A DNA stretch of 64,000 nucleotides. Origin: Eledone cirrhosa (taxonomy: Eukaryota). The notes beneath the pieces were generated by a model. The model saw only the letters and a list, made by a program, of their open reading frames with translations, ran no database searches and was not told where the DNA came from. This document shows positions 14,790 through 27,725 of the stretch, piece by piece. The translations under genes and the position numbers were made by a program. The first letter of the stretch is position 1; each line of letters starts with the position of its first letter. The stretch lies in the NCBI GenBank assembly GCA_964016885.1, contig OZ024745.1, forward strand, positions 16,058,001-16,122,000, given 5' to 3'.

Positions 14790-15807
14790 TAATGCATATA
14801 AAACAGAATTCATTTTAATGCATTTTTAAAGATTTTGTTGTGTATATATTTTGGGGGGACATCCTGTATATATATAGACAGATATATATATACAGATGTA
14901 AACACATTTTCTGTATATATAATATTTTAGTGGACAGAAAAATCGAACTCGCTGTCAAGAATGTGTGTGTGTGTGTGTGCAAATTGGTATGTTCAGTTGA
15001 CTTAAGCCACTTGTGTTGGGTTAAGCACCAATATATTTACAGACAGTTAAAGAGGATAGGCTTTTCACGGAATCCATTCTATTGAAAGCGTTCGCATCAA
15101 ATCTCTGGTATAAGCATTACTTACTTCCTTCGTATCATCTGGAGTTTCTGGAAATGAGTGATGGTCACTGCCTTTTCCTTTCTGATTAAGTCATTGCACA
15201 TGACTTAAATAATTATTAAAAATAAAAAAAACTTTTATACCATTCTTGATAAACGTTTTGTCTCCATCTAGAATTCTCCACCAACTTTCAGCTAAGCCTA
15301 CATGTTCCACTTTCGCTATGTCCGTCTTTTGTCAGACAAAATGTTCTTTGCTGATATTGCTGCTAACCTTTATCTACTTTGTTTCCATCATATATCTTCC
15401 TGTCTGAATATAGAGATTTTTCTTCATATTCAAATATATTTCCTATAATCTTTAAGTCTACTGTGTGTCTGTTACATTGATTAGCATCTGTCCATCCTAC
15501 CGACAATCTTTCATAGATGTGGATTGCTAATAGCTTTCTGTTGTAGCTCTCTATTTCATCCACTTCACATTTCGTCCGCTGAACTAAAACTACAAAATAG
15601 ATCAATATTGTTATTGTCTAGATTTTCGTTCCGTCAATGGCATTCCTTTCATTTAGTTTTGTTTCTAAGATCTTTCCAACTATTCTCTTGAATTTGTCTG
15701 CAAATTAACTTTCTTATTCTGGCTGTTTTCCTGCTCATATTGATGAACATTAGAATATTTTTATCTCTCAGCCTCATTTAGTGATATAGTCGCATTTTAA
15801 TCCGAAA

Positions 15808-15992
15808 TAATAATTGTTTCTACTTTTGGCACATCTCAGCAATTACCCAGTGCATTACTGGTACTTTATTTTATCGACCCCGTGAGGATGAAAGGCAAAG
15901 TGAACCTCGGCGGGATTTGAACTCAGACCGTAAAGGGACGTAACTATGCTGGAAAGCAGTGCGCCCAACCCTCTACCGATACTGCCAATCCA
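15808..15992 (-). mobile_element. SINE main family
   Basis: Reverse complement of the SINE consensus. Confidence 0.85.
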
Positions 15993-17329
15993 CAATGCTA
16001 CCAAACTATACTATTTTCTTCTCTTTATTTCAGTTATTATTTGCTGTAAATCTGATAAACTGTGTCAAAGAATTCAGCTCCATCTCAAATCTCATTTTTA
16101 GGATATCCGAAATTATCTCTGGATATAAGAAGGTTGATTACTTTTCGATTAACACTTCCTAAAATATTAAGGCAAAAAAATAGCAGTATGGCTAATAAAT
16201 GACTTAGGAAATCTCTTTTTAAATCAGAATTTTGCCCAGGAACACTCGATCACGTGTAATATCAAATAATTTTTTAAAGTCCGTATGCTCACTTCATTAA
16301 AAGTTATTTTGGGGTCCCAAATTAGCGGAAAATTGGTAGAGTTTTAAGAACATTCGATAAAAAGTTTTACAGAATTCTTTCCAGGTCGATAAATAAAGTA
16401 CTAGTCCAGAGCCGGGAGATTGATGAAATTACTAAAGTGTCATATTCTTTCCGTTTTGAGTTTAAATCTCGCCTCTTGTCACCCGAAAGGCGGAGACACG
16501 TTTGTCAAGATTTGTAATCGACAAATAACATTAAAAATATAAAGACCATATCGGAATATTGGCTTTTTCTTTCCTATTTTTCAAAATATCAACGCAGTCT
16601 AATTGTAGTTTTCTTGACACTTTGTCATTTCTTTAATTATCCAAAAACAGCGTGAACGTTCTTTATCAAGCCATAAAAAAGAATTTAAACAGACTGAGGG
16701 CCATTTTGTTTTCGACAAGGGTAAATTTAATTGGTTCATCTGCACTTCTTTATATTTAAGAGTTCTCTCCACAAGCGTGAAAGGCGGATGAACTAATCAA
16801 TCTTGCGAAATTATATTTATATATCGTGTCGGTATGTCTCTCTCTCTGTCTAACTTTCTGTGTAGGTTTTGTTAGAAAGAACTTGTCGACAGCCATTACT
16901 GCGTTTTATATATTTGTTATTTAACTGTCCAGAAACGGCAATATCCAGTCATTTGTAGCGGCGGCGCTGACAGATTCACCTGACAACTTGCTGTTAGATT
17001 TTGAAATAAAAATAAAACAAAGGAAAAGGCATAAACGTTTTAGGTGACAGCTTTGAAGAAATATCTGAGAGAAAAGATGTTACAACAAAATCTCGTAAAC
17101 ATACAGATGGTATGCACAGATTTTTATTGCTATGGAAGCTGAACGATAAATGATTAATAACGAAATGTTGCGGAAACATAGTTTTACACACATCCTCACA
17201 CATTCTTCTTCTCTTTCTGTCGTCCTTCTTCTCTTTCTGTCGTCCTTCTACTCTTTCTCCCTCTACCTTCCGTCAGCTTTTATATAGATGCCTCAGCCGG
17301 ATGGCTAGAACAGGTAAAAGAGTAAAAGA

Positions 17330-17366
<37 letters not shown>

Positions 17367-17369
17367 GTT

Positions 17370-17419
<50 letters not shown>

Positions 17420-17488
17420 TATATAATGTATATATATATATATGTATATATAATTATATATAGTGTGTATATATATATATATATATAT

Positions 17489-17618
17489 AGGAAAAAGTAT
17501 GACCCCGACGGCAGAGCTCAAGCCGTTTCGACGGCTATTTCTGAAACTCCGTTTCAGAAGATCCCGTTAAGGATGAAAGCAGCGATTCTTTGCTTAAACT
17601 TTAATCTGTTATTTTAAT
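17489..17618. mobile_element. Chimeric head-to-head insertion: PLE family B end (-) plus PLE family A end (+, HHR-like motif 17551-17599)
   Basis: Junction hairpin TTCTGAAAC-TCC-GTTTCAGAA; (TA)n on both sides. Confidence 0.7.
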
Positions 17619-17679
17619 GTATATATATATATAATTATATATAATGTGTATATCTATATATATAATTATATAAAATGGT

Positions 17680-17753
<74 letters not shown>

Positions 17754-17823
17754 TATGTAATATATATATATCATTTTATATAATGTGTATATATATATAT
17801 ATGCAGTCGGGGTCCTGAACCTT

Positions 17824-18196
17824 TTCCTATTACCCACTCTACTACCAAAATTATCGAGTACTCTGGTGCGTTATGGTCCACCTGGTTCCTTACCGCACTT
17901 CCTTCGTTATATATATATATATATATAGGAACGAGTAGGACCCCGACGGCTGAGCTCAAGCCGTTTCGACGGCTAATTCTGGACTAAAAAAAAAGGAGTC
18001 TTTTACTAAACACCGGCCTAATGAGCCTTCGGAAATTAAATTTTTTTTTTTTTTTAGTCCAGAATTAGCCGTCGAAACGGCTTGAGCTCAGCCGTCGGGG
18101 TCCTACTCGTTCCTATTACCCACTCTACTACTCTAAGTATTGAGTACTTTGGTGCGTTATGGTCCACCTGGTTCCTTACCACATTTCCTTCGTTAT
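17824..18196. mobile_element. PLE family B cluster of direct and inverted 3'-end copies
   Basis: 17824-17910 is a direct repeat of 18110-18196. 17926-17993 is inverted at ~18048-18115. HHR 3' half: GAAA-CGGCT-TGAGCTC-AGCCG-TC^. Confidence 0.75.
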
Positions 18197-18589
18197 ACAT
18201 ATATATATATATATATAGGTCTTGTATCATTAATTGTTGCCGTGTTATTGTAGATGTTGCAGAGTCTAAAGTGAGCTGAACTGTATGCTCCGCATTAGTT
18301 TATTTCTGGTTATGATACACAATGTTCTGAGTGCAAAGCCTGCCATGGTTGATTTTAGCTTTGAACATTCATCTGGATATCTATTATATGTTGAACTAAA
18401 ATGTGATACTTCTCTGTTCATCATGAGTTGCATTTCTTTTATCCATTTACATCTGAGGTTGCATTTTCGAAGATGCTCCAGTATTGTACGGATGCTAGTA
18501 ATCTTAAAAAGTCCAAAGTCTGTCTCCATTCCGAAGGCTCATGAGGCCGGTGTTTAGTAAAAGACTCCTTTCTAGACCTGATGCCAGTT

Positions 18590-18745
18590 CATCGCAAGGT
18601 TAAACCACCAGCTACTGTTGGAACTCATTTTCAGCTGAGTATACTGAAGTAACGAGGAATGAAGAATTTTGCTCAAGAGACATAACACAACAACCCAATA
18701 CAGGAATCGAACTCATGACATTGTGGTCGTAATTCCAGCACGCGT
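18590..18745 (-). mobile_element. Second, older tRNA-derived SINE family (also ~46560-46810 -, 49170-49500 +, 53355-53550 +, 56445-56830 +)
   Basis: GAGTTCGATTCC B-box followed by TGT.TCTTGAGCAA-type block. Confidence 0.55.
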
Positions 18746-19369
18746 ATCCACAGTAATCCTATTACCCTGCAATCTTTAAATGTATTGAGGCAGCGAGATA
18801 GAGTTCATTCCATCTCTGGTTCTCGAGAAATGAATGTGTTATGTGCCTCTGGTTTTAAATATATTTTCTGTTCGCTAAATTCATTTTCCCTTAACACCAT
18901 CTGCAATTGTTATCTTAGCTCTATACACAAGCAGCTATTGGAACCAAACACCATAAAGTGGACCGGATGTGGTATTTCTGCAATTACATTATGATGGTCG
19001 GAATGAAATGATTGTATATGTAGGACTTGCGTTGTGGTTTTGTATATGAGACACGATATTACTTAAGCCGGTGTAACTTCACTTAACATTATTTTTTATT
19101 GAAGAGCTTGTGATATTTGTGTTGAGAGAGATATGTTTACTTATCTGGCTATATAGGCCTTAACGTTCTTGTTGGAGAGAGGTAGTAGTAAACAAGATGA
19201 TATTTCTTTTCCTATTTTTATTGTTTTGTGAGGTACTTTTCCACATCTATTATTTCCTTTGAATACGCTTTCTCCTGTTTGTTTATTCACACACAAGCGC
19301 ATATACATTAGTGGTTGTCTTTTATCTATAAAGCATAAAAAAACCATCTTACATGTGTTGAGTGAGCAT

Positions 19370-19400
<31 letters not shown>

Positions 19401-19439
19401 GTGTGTGTGTGTGTATGCATATATATATATGTATATATA

Positions 19440-19494
<55 letters not shown>

Positions 19495-19635
19495 GTTTAT
19501 ATATATATATATATATATATATAAAAGTTTATTTCTGTTTTGTGCAAGAAATATGGTGAGTAACATTAATATGAGACGAACGAGAGAAAGGAAGAAGAAG
19601 GAAAGAATAAAGCTCGCTGTGAAGACTTTGACGTA

Positions 19636-19704
<69 letters not shown>

Positions 19705-19937
19705 GAAACACACAACCATATCAAACATCTAAACAACACACAGACACACGCACACGTACACGCACACATATATATATATATATGTGTATATATGCATGTA
19801 TGTATGAAAACATATATAATATATATGTATATAAGTATATAAACACAGACAAACATATTTGTACGGATATTTATGCGTAGATTTGAAGTAACGATAATCT
19901 TGTGAGTGTGTGTATACGTATTTATCGATTACAAATA

Positions 19938-20006
<69 letters not shown>

Positions 20007-20010
<4 letters not shown>

Positions 20011-20684
20011 GACTTTACGAGCGAGAGACCGAGAGACCATGGTGACACTATGGAGGACATTTGTCCTAAGCCGCCTGGACTACTGCTCCCAGCTGTTGTC
20101 ACCCCATAGTGTCAAACTAACCACGGAGCTTGAGGCAATCCAGTGAAGCTACACCAAGAGGATTGCCACGATGAAGGAGACAAGATACTGGGAGAGGCTA
20201 AAGGAACTGAACCTCTACTCCTTGGAACGAAGACGGGAGAGATCCGCAGTTATCTACATGTGGAAAATCCTGGAGGGACTAGCACCAAACTTTGGCATTG
20301 GGAGCTGGACCAACCCCCGAACAGGACATCACTGTGTGGTGCCAAAGATCCCGTCTTCCACATCTAGAATAAGGAGCAGATATTGCAATAGCCTGGGGTT
20401 CAAGTGCCTCAACTATTCAACAAGCTGCCGAGGGATCTGTGACATCTGCACGGTGTGAAGGTGGATGTTTTCAAGAAACATCTCGACACCTTGCTATCCA
20501 GGATCCCGGATGAGCCCACAGCAAGGCACGAGGGAAATCTAAGGGTAGCAGCAACGAACTCCCTCTTGCACTAGTGGCTAACCAATACAGGCTGGAGATA
20601 AAATGTGTAGCAACAAGGGCGGTGCCCCAGCATGGCCTCAACCAGATGGCTGGAACACAGGTAAAAGGGTAAAAGAGTTAGAGA
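20007..20684 (+). mobile_element. CR1/L2-group LINE 3' fragment (decayed RT C-terminus and 3' UTR) within (TA)n
   Basis: TLWRTFVLSRLDYCSQLLSP...LEAIQ*SYTKRI...YWERLKELNLYSLERRRER...WKIL; tail GGTAAAAG(G/A)GT repeats, with a tail-only copy at 17290-17331. Confidence 0.85.
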
Positions 20685-20694
20685 GTATATATGT

Positions 20695-20727
<33 letters not shown>

Positions 20728-20735
20728 TACACACA

Positions 20736-21153
<418 letters not shown>

Positions 21154-21291
21154 TAGATACTATTTATAGTTATGTATATACTATACTATAAACAACTATA
21201 AACAGGGAAGGTCAGTAATTTATTACTACCTTATTACCAGTAAGATGAATAGCTCAATGTAAGAACATCTGTAAGAACATATAAATGTAAG

Positions 21292-21349
<58 letters not shown>

Positions 21350-21405
21350 CGTATACATACTTATATTTAAGTAACAGACGTACTAAGAGTGAGACATGAA
21401 AGAAC

Positions 21406-21449
<44 letters not shown>

Positions 21450-21459
21450 TTGTAAGAAC

Positions 21460-21533
<74 letters not shown>

Positions 21534-21552
21534 ATATATTTATATATTTATA

Positions 21553-21860
21553 TTTGTAAATGAAGTAATTCCGTCGGAAAGGTCCAGGAAAAAGAGTGCT
21601 CTATGTAGCTTAATAGTTATGTAATAAACAACATAAGATAATTATTTCATTTACCAGTGGTTTCTTGAAAGCAAACAAATCTGCTTTCAGTCATCAGAAT
21701 GAAAAAGTCCTTGTGTTTTTATTGAATGTGGATATGAAAGGTTTTCATATCCACATTCAATAAAAACACCAGGATTTTTTCATTCTGATGACTGAAAGCA
21801 GATTTGTTTGCTTTCAAGAAACCACTGGTAAATGAAATAATTATCTTGTTGTTTATTACA

Positions 21861-21868
<8 letters not shown>
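21553..21868. mobile_element. Head-to-head PLE 3'-end palindrome (family C)
   Basis: Arms 21613-21739 and 21743-21867 with a 3-nt spacer; left tail extension 21553-21612; (TA)n on both sides. Confidence 0.85.
21778..21837 (+). ncRNA. Type-I hammerhead ribozyme (inverted copy at 21645-21704, -)
   Basis: TTTCATT-CTGATGA-C-TGAAAGCAGA-TTTG-TTTGCTTTCA-A-GAAA-CCA-C-TGG-TA^AATGAAA. Confidence 0.8.
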
Positions 21869-21893
<25 letters not shown>

Positions 21894-21897
<4 letters not shown>

Positions 21898-22210
21898 AAA
21901 TTGTTTCTACTTTTGGCACAATACCAGCAATTATCCCAGTGTATTACTGGTACTTTATTTTATCGATACTGTAAGGATGAAAGGCAAAGTTAAACTCGGC
22001 GAGATTTGAACTCAGAATGGCAAGGGCCGTAACTCTATACGTCAAAGCATGGCGTCCGACCCTCTACCGATACTGCCAATCCACCGCCTTTTTCATTATA
22101 CTCCCGCCGAGGTTGACTTTGCCTTTCATCCTTACAGGGTCGATAAAAAAAAGTACCAGTAATGCACTGGGTAATTGCTGGCCTTGTGCCTAAAGTAGAA
22201 ACAATTATTA
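21894..22210. mobile_element. Two SINEs head-to-head: 21894-22088 (-) and 5'-truncated 22101-22210 (+)
   Basis: Matches to the SINE consensus. Confidence 0.8.
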
Positions 22211-22535
22211 TTATTATTATTATTATATTACAAAAAATAATAGGAATATTTTATTTGAAATGCATCACATAGTTTCTTAACGTGGTATCCTGCTTTGCCA
22301 GTGAAATATTCTCACTTGAGGCCTGAATACACAAACTTGGCTAAAAGTACATATTTTATATATACACCTGTCCATTGCTTCTGTTCTGCAACTTCGGAAT
22401 GTAGCTTTAGCACTCCATGGAGAATAATACCCCAGATTAATAACAATACGTTTAGACAGCTTTGCAAATCAAATATAGCGATCGGTAATCCAGCCGCATT
22501 GCCATAGCAACGAAAAAGACTGGTCTCAGGAAAAG

Positions 22536-22604
<69 letters not shown>

Positions 22605-22631
22605 CATACATACATATATATATATATATTA

Positions 22632-23261
22632 GCTAAGATCTTTCTTTCCCTTATTACGAAGCATTTTCCCCCTACACATAAATATAGTAACATTTTTAAT
22701 AGAAATACTATTAAAATTTCTTACTCTACGACTCCTAACCTTGCACATAACATCACAGCTTCAAATTTAGCTAAACTACCTAGCCGTAGGAACACGTGCA
22801 ACCCTGTAGTTAGTATTAACTGTAATTGTAGGAATCGGGCTGATTGCCCCCTATCCGGGAAATGCCTCTCTAGTAACATTGTCTACAAATGTAAGGTTGT
22901 AACACCCACGTCCCGTAGGGCCTACATAGGGTTAATCGCCAATAGTTTCAAGCAGCGTCTTTACATGCATACCCATTCTTTTCGTTACCCTCTAAGAAGG
23001 AATATGACGTCCCTTTCAGCTTATATCTGGAGTCTAAAAGACAACCACACCCAATATAAGTTACACTGGGAGATCCTAGCTAGGGCTAGATCGTATAACG
23101 GAAATAAAAGACCATGTGACCTCTGCGCCGCTGAGGCCCTGGAAATACTCTACGCTACAGACCACATCTTAAACAAAAAATCTGAGGCAATTTCGGCTTG
23201 TAAACATAAATTGCACAAAACTTTCCTGTATTACAGCCCCACGTTATACCCTAACGGATAG
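22632..23261 (+). pseudogene. PLE ORF C-terminus (thumb/linker plus GIY-YIG endonuclease), 209 codons without a stop, 5'-truncated
   Basis: Manual translation upstream of the listed ATG: [23 protein letters not shown]...[24 protein letters not shown]...RAYIG...FKQRLYMH...[11 protein letters not shown]...CDLCAAE...[13 protein letters not shown]. Confidence 0.9.
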
Positions 23262-24187
23262 CACGATCTATACGTGGATATTTTACGTCTTGATGTGGGA
23301 GCTAAGTATATGTTTTGTTTATTCCTTTACTTATTTGCATAGGTAAGTATATATTACCCGTATGTTTTCTGAAGGTATGTATACCTTCTTGTACGTATAT
23401 TTGACTGTTATAGCGTATAATTTTTACATATTTTGGTATTTAGGGTTTGGCTATGTGTATACGGGAGTTTTGCGTCCGCGTGAGTGTGCAGGTTTGTACG
23501 TATGGTGGGTGTGTGTATATGTGTACTTCTTGTTTTAGTTGACTTACGTCTCCGAACATTCGTGTATTTATATGTAGGTATGCGTGTGCGCTTGTTATAT
23601 ACGTATTTATTTACTTATATAATTTTATATAATTATTTATTTATTTGTACACAAGCATACACACACACATATTTATATGTGCGTGGTTTTGTATACCCAT
23701 GGTAAGGTTTTGCGTATGCTTGTGTATGTACGTATCTGTTTGCGTGTATGTATTTATTTGTTTCTATTACTTCTGTATTGTATTTATTTACTTTGTTCTT
23801 AACTCTGTAGCGGAGATTCATTTGGTCTCCTAGTTAGAATTTTAGTCTACGATTTCTGCTATACCATTTACGTGGTTTTGTCTTTGCGTGCTATTGTTCT
23901 CCACGCTCCACATATGACTTATTATCTTCGTTTTTTCGTTCATTGCCAGAGAACGTCTCTATGCACCACCTAAGAGAACATTAGTCTACGACCTCTTTTA
24001 TACCATAAACGTGGTTTTGTCTTTGCGCGTAATTGTTTTTCACCGCTCCTATTAATGACGTATTATTCGTTTTTCCCCGTTCTTTGCCAGCGAACGTTAC
24101 CACGAACCAAAGTATCGTCTTCCTGTCTTCCTCCGGTTGCAACGTTTTTTGAAATATCCAGTTCTGCGTTTACAGATTGACTTTGTT

Positions 24188-24238
24188 AGTTTCAGAAGAT
24201 CCCGTTAAGGGTGAAAGCAGCGATTCTTTGCTTAAACT
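24188..24238 (+). ncRNA. Hammerhead-like motif of PLE family A (variant core CAGAAGA)
   Basis: AGTTT-CAGAAGA-T-CCC-GTTAA-GGG-T-GAAA-GCA-GCGATTCTT-TGC-TT^AAACT; the same core occurs in 4 copies. Confidence 0.65.
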
Positions 24239-24257
24239 TTAATCTGTTATTTTAATA

Positions 24258-24349
<92 letters not shown>

Positions 24350-24623
24350 CAGACACATTTTCATATACATACATATTTACCCAAACATATATACACTTGT
24401 ACGATAGTTTCATGTAATATCGTGTGAAAAATATAAATGTTTGATATTATCCTCCGACAAAACACTCCACCCAGGAGGCAATTAGATTCTAAAAATACCA
24501 ATCAACAAGTTAATATTAATATATATATGCATATATATATATATGCATACATACATCTACATGCATATACACACACAAACACACACACAAACACACGCAA
24601 ACACACACAAACACACACAAACA

Positions 24624-24664
<41 letters not shown>

Positions 24665-24677
24665 CTATATATCTATA

Positions 24678-24726
<49 letters not shown>

Positions 24727-25040
24727 GCAATATATACTATTTATATATGTATATATGCATTATATACTGTTTATATATGTATATAGATATGTATGTATAC
24801 ATACATTATACTTATATATATATATATGCATCTATACACATTACATATATTTATATATATGGATACACACATATGTACATATATATATATATATGTGCAT
24901 ATTTATATATGTATGTTTATATATATGTATATATATATATGCATATATACATGTAAAGTTATATTTAAAATTGTTGGGTTACAACTAGTAAATATTTATA
25001 ACTGATATAAAAGCACTCGACAAATATTTGGAGTATATTT

Positions 25041-25338
25041 ACAATATTAAATAAATGGAAAACTATATTTATAAAACCATATTTATTTCATTATATATAT
25101 TTCGGGGATATCATATTAACAATATGCTATGCCTTCATCAGACAAAACTACTAGAGTAAACCTCTTCAAATGAAGTTGATGTTTATTACGGTATGTCGAA
25201 TATATTTATCTATAAAACTGTTTATATTGTATTTTGTCTGATGAAGGCATAGCATATTGTTAATATGATATCCCCGAAATATATATAATGAAATAAATAT
25301 GGTTTTATAAATATAGTTTTCCATTTATTTAATATTGT
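25041..25338. mobile_element. Head-to-head PLE 3'-end palindrome (family D); a decayed relative lies at ~29881-30060
   Basis: Arms 25041-25147 and 25232-25338 (107 bp) with an 84-nt spacer. Confidence 0.85.
25231..25294 (+). ncRNA. Minimal type-I hammerhead ribozyme (inverted copy at 25085-25147, -)
   Basis: ATTTTGT-CTGATGA-AGGCATAGCATATT-GTT-AATATGATATCCCC-GAAA-TATATA-TA^ATGAAAT, overlapping an AATAAA. Confidence 0.7.
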
Positions 25339-25411
25339 ATATGCATATATATATATATGCATATATATATATATGTATATATATATATTTATATATATAT
25401 ATATATATATA

Positions 25412-25568
25412 TAGTAATAATAATAAATTTGAAGACTAAAATCCAAAGAGGGCTCGATAAGGATAAATATATATCAAATATATAAGAATCCTAGAGCAAA
25501 TAACAGATTAAAGTTAAGGGTGAAAGCAGCGATTCTTTGCTCAAACTTTAATCAGTTATTTTAATAAA
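25412..25568. mobile_element. PLE family A inverted 3'-end insertion within (TA)n
   Basis: Same two segments as 9056-9225 but with a different junction. Confidence 0.7.
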
Positions 25569-25634
25569 TTAATATATATATATATATATGTTTCTGGCGG
25601 GGATCGCTTTAGAAAATTACTTGTCCTATGAGTT

Positions 25635-25716
25635 TGTTTCCTGACGAGTTCGAAGCTGGAGATTTCATCCTTAATAAGTTATCTCAAAATGCGAACGAAA
25701 TCCGAGGGTAGAGATA
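25635..25716 (+). ncRNA. Type-I hammerhead ribozyme with canonical core
   Basis: TGTTTC-CTGACGA-GTTCG...CGAAC-GAAA-TCC-GA-GGG-TA^GAGATA. Confidence 0.8.
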
Positions 25717-25901
25717 TAATCCTGGTAAGTGTTTACGCATTTATTCTCACTTTAATTTTATACCTAATTGTGTTTATGGTTGACGGTATATTTAGTCGAT
25801 TTCCACGTGCTGTTGAAATATTGGGTAAAAATCTATGGCGGTCGGCCGCGAAGAGATTGCTGTCGTTTATTTATTTAATATTTCTTCATAGGTGCCTTTT
25901 A

Positions 25902-26402
<501 letters not shown>

Positions 26403-26415
26403 CTATCTCTCTATG

Positions 26416-26501
<86 letters not shown>

Positions 26502-26540
26502 ATTTGAACTCGGGAATTTTATATTCTCCGAGTGAAAAGA

Positions 26541-26627
26541 ACCTTCTGACGAGAGTTTATCTTTTCAATGGAAGGCCGCAAGGACTGTCCATTTATTTCT
26601 GAGACTCGAAACCGATTCGGTATAGGT
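26541..26627 (+). ncRNA. Type-I hammerhead ribozyme with canonical core, in a (TA)n island (26499-26700)
   Basis: ACCTT-CTGACGA-GAGTTT...AGACTC-GAAA-CCGA-T-TCGG-TA^TAGGT; stem II contains CC-GCAA-GG. Confidence 0.8.
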
Positions 26628-26696
26628 AACCATAGTGAGTACAGTGGATTGTTTGAAATTTACTTTGAAACTTTTTCTTATTTGCTAAACCTTGAT

Positions 26697-26827
<131 letters not shown>

Positions 26828-27082
26828 ATGTATAGAGAGATGTAATGCACCACGAGGTGTATAGTCAATGGTTTAGACGTAGTCAGATCAAGAATCCATA
26901 GAAATTGAAGAAAAATAATGACGTTGCTTAATTGAGCGGTTCCTGATATTCTATTATAAAAAGTCCATTATGTTTTGTAGTGTGAATATAGTGTGAATGC
27001 TGCTTATTCTCCTTTAACGCTGTAAGCAACTCTTCCTACACATAACACTCTCACCTCCTCGCTGTATTTCTTTTTCTATATA

Positions 27083-27307
27083 AACTCTTACTACTACTCA
27101 CAGCTAGCTCTTCTCTTTCCTTCTAGTCTTCCTTTTCTCTTTCGTTTATAATTGCATTTGTATTATTCTTACAGCAAAAGGCTCGGTGTCTTTCTTTTGA
27201 TATATAGCTAATAGTAACTCTTACTACTACTGACAGCTAGCTCTTTTCTTTCCTTCTAGTCTTTCTTTTCTCGCCTTTATAATTGCATTTGTATTATTCT
27301 TACAGCA
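27083..27307 (+). repeat. ~95-bp direct duplication
   Basis: AACTCTTACTACTACT...TATTCTTACAGCA at 27083 and 27216. Confidence 0.8.
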
Positions 27308-27310
27308 TAA

Positions 27311-27725
27311 GGCGTTAGATTAGCACATAGTTACGTCTCTTTATGTTCTGAGTTCAAATCCCGCAGAGGTTAGCGTTGCCTTTCATCCTTACGGGATCGA
27401 TAAAATAAAGTACCAGTCACGCATTGGGCTCAATTTGATCGGCTTTTCCCTCCCCCAAAATTGCTGACCTTGTTCTTAAATCAAACGGTTCTTTCTTACA
27501 GAAAAGGGCATTAGATTGGCAATATCGGTAGAACGTTGGACATGCATTGTGGCATATAGTTACATCCCTTTATGTTCTGAGTTCAAATCCCGCCGAGGTT
27601 AGCTTTGCCTTTCATCTTTACAGGGTCGGTAAAATAAAGTACCAGTAACGTACTGGGGTCGACGTAATTGACTTTCCCCTCCCTCAAAATTGTTGGCCTT
27701 GTGCCGAAATCACAAATCATTATTT
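27311..27725 (+). mobile_element. Two tandem SINEs (long subfamily)
   Basis: Consensus matches with the GGGGTCGA...CCCTCCC..AAAATTG insert. Confidence 0.8.

Larger units (their letters stand above)
22631..24258 (+). mobile_element. 5'-truncated Penelope-like retroelement (family A): GIY-YIG domain, 3' region and terminal HHR, inserted in (TA)n
   Basis: ORF described below; ~140-bp internal tandem duplication (23844-24110); terminal HHR-like motif then AATAAA, then (TA)n. Confidence 0.85.

Noticed and set aside
18266-19330. Short ORFs in non-repetitive-looking sequence
   Set aside because: No recognisable motifs or consistent splice structure.
23262-24258. SECIS element in the PLE 3' region
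   Set aside because: ATGAC motifs are present, but I could not find a matching AA loop and GA quartet, and the visible ORF has no in-frame TGA.
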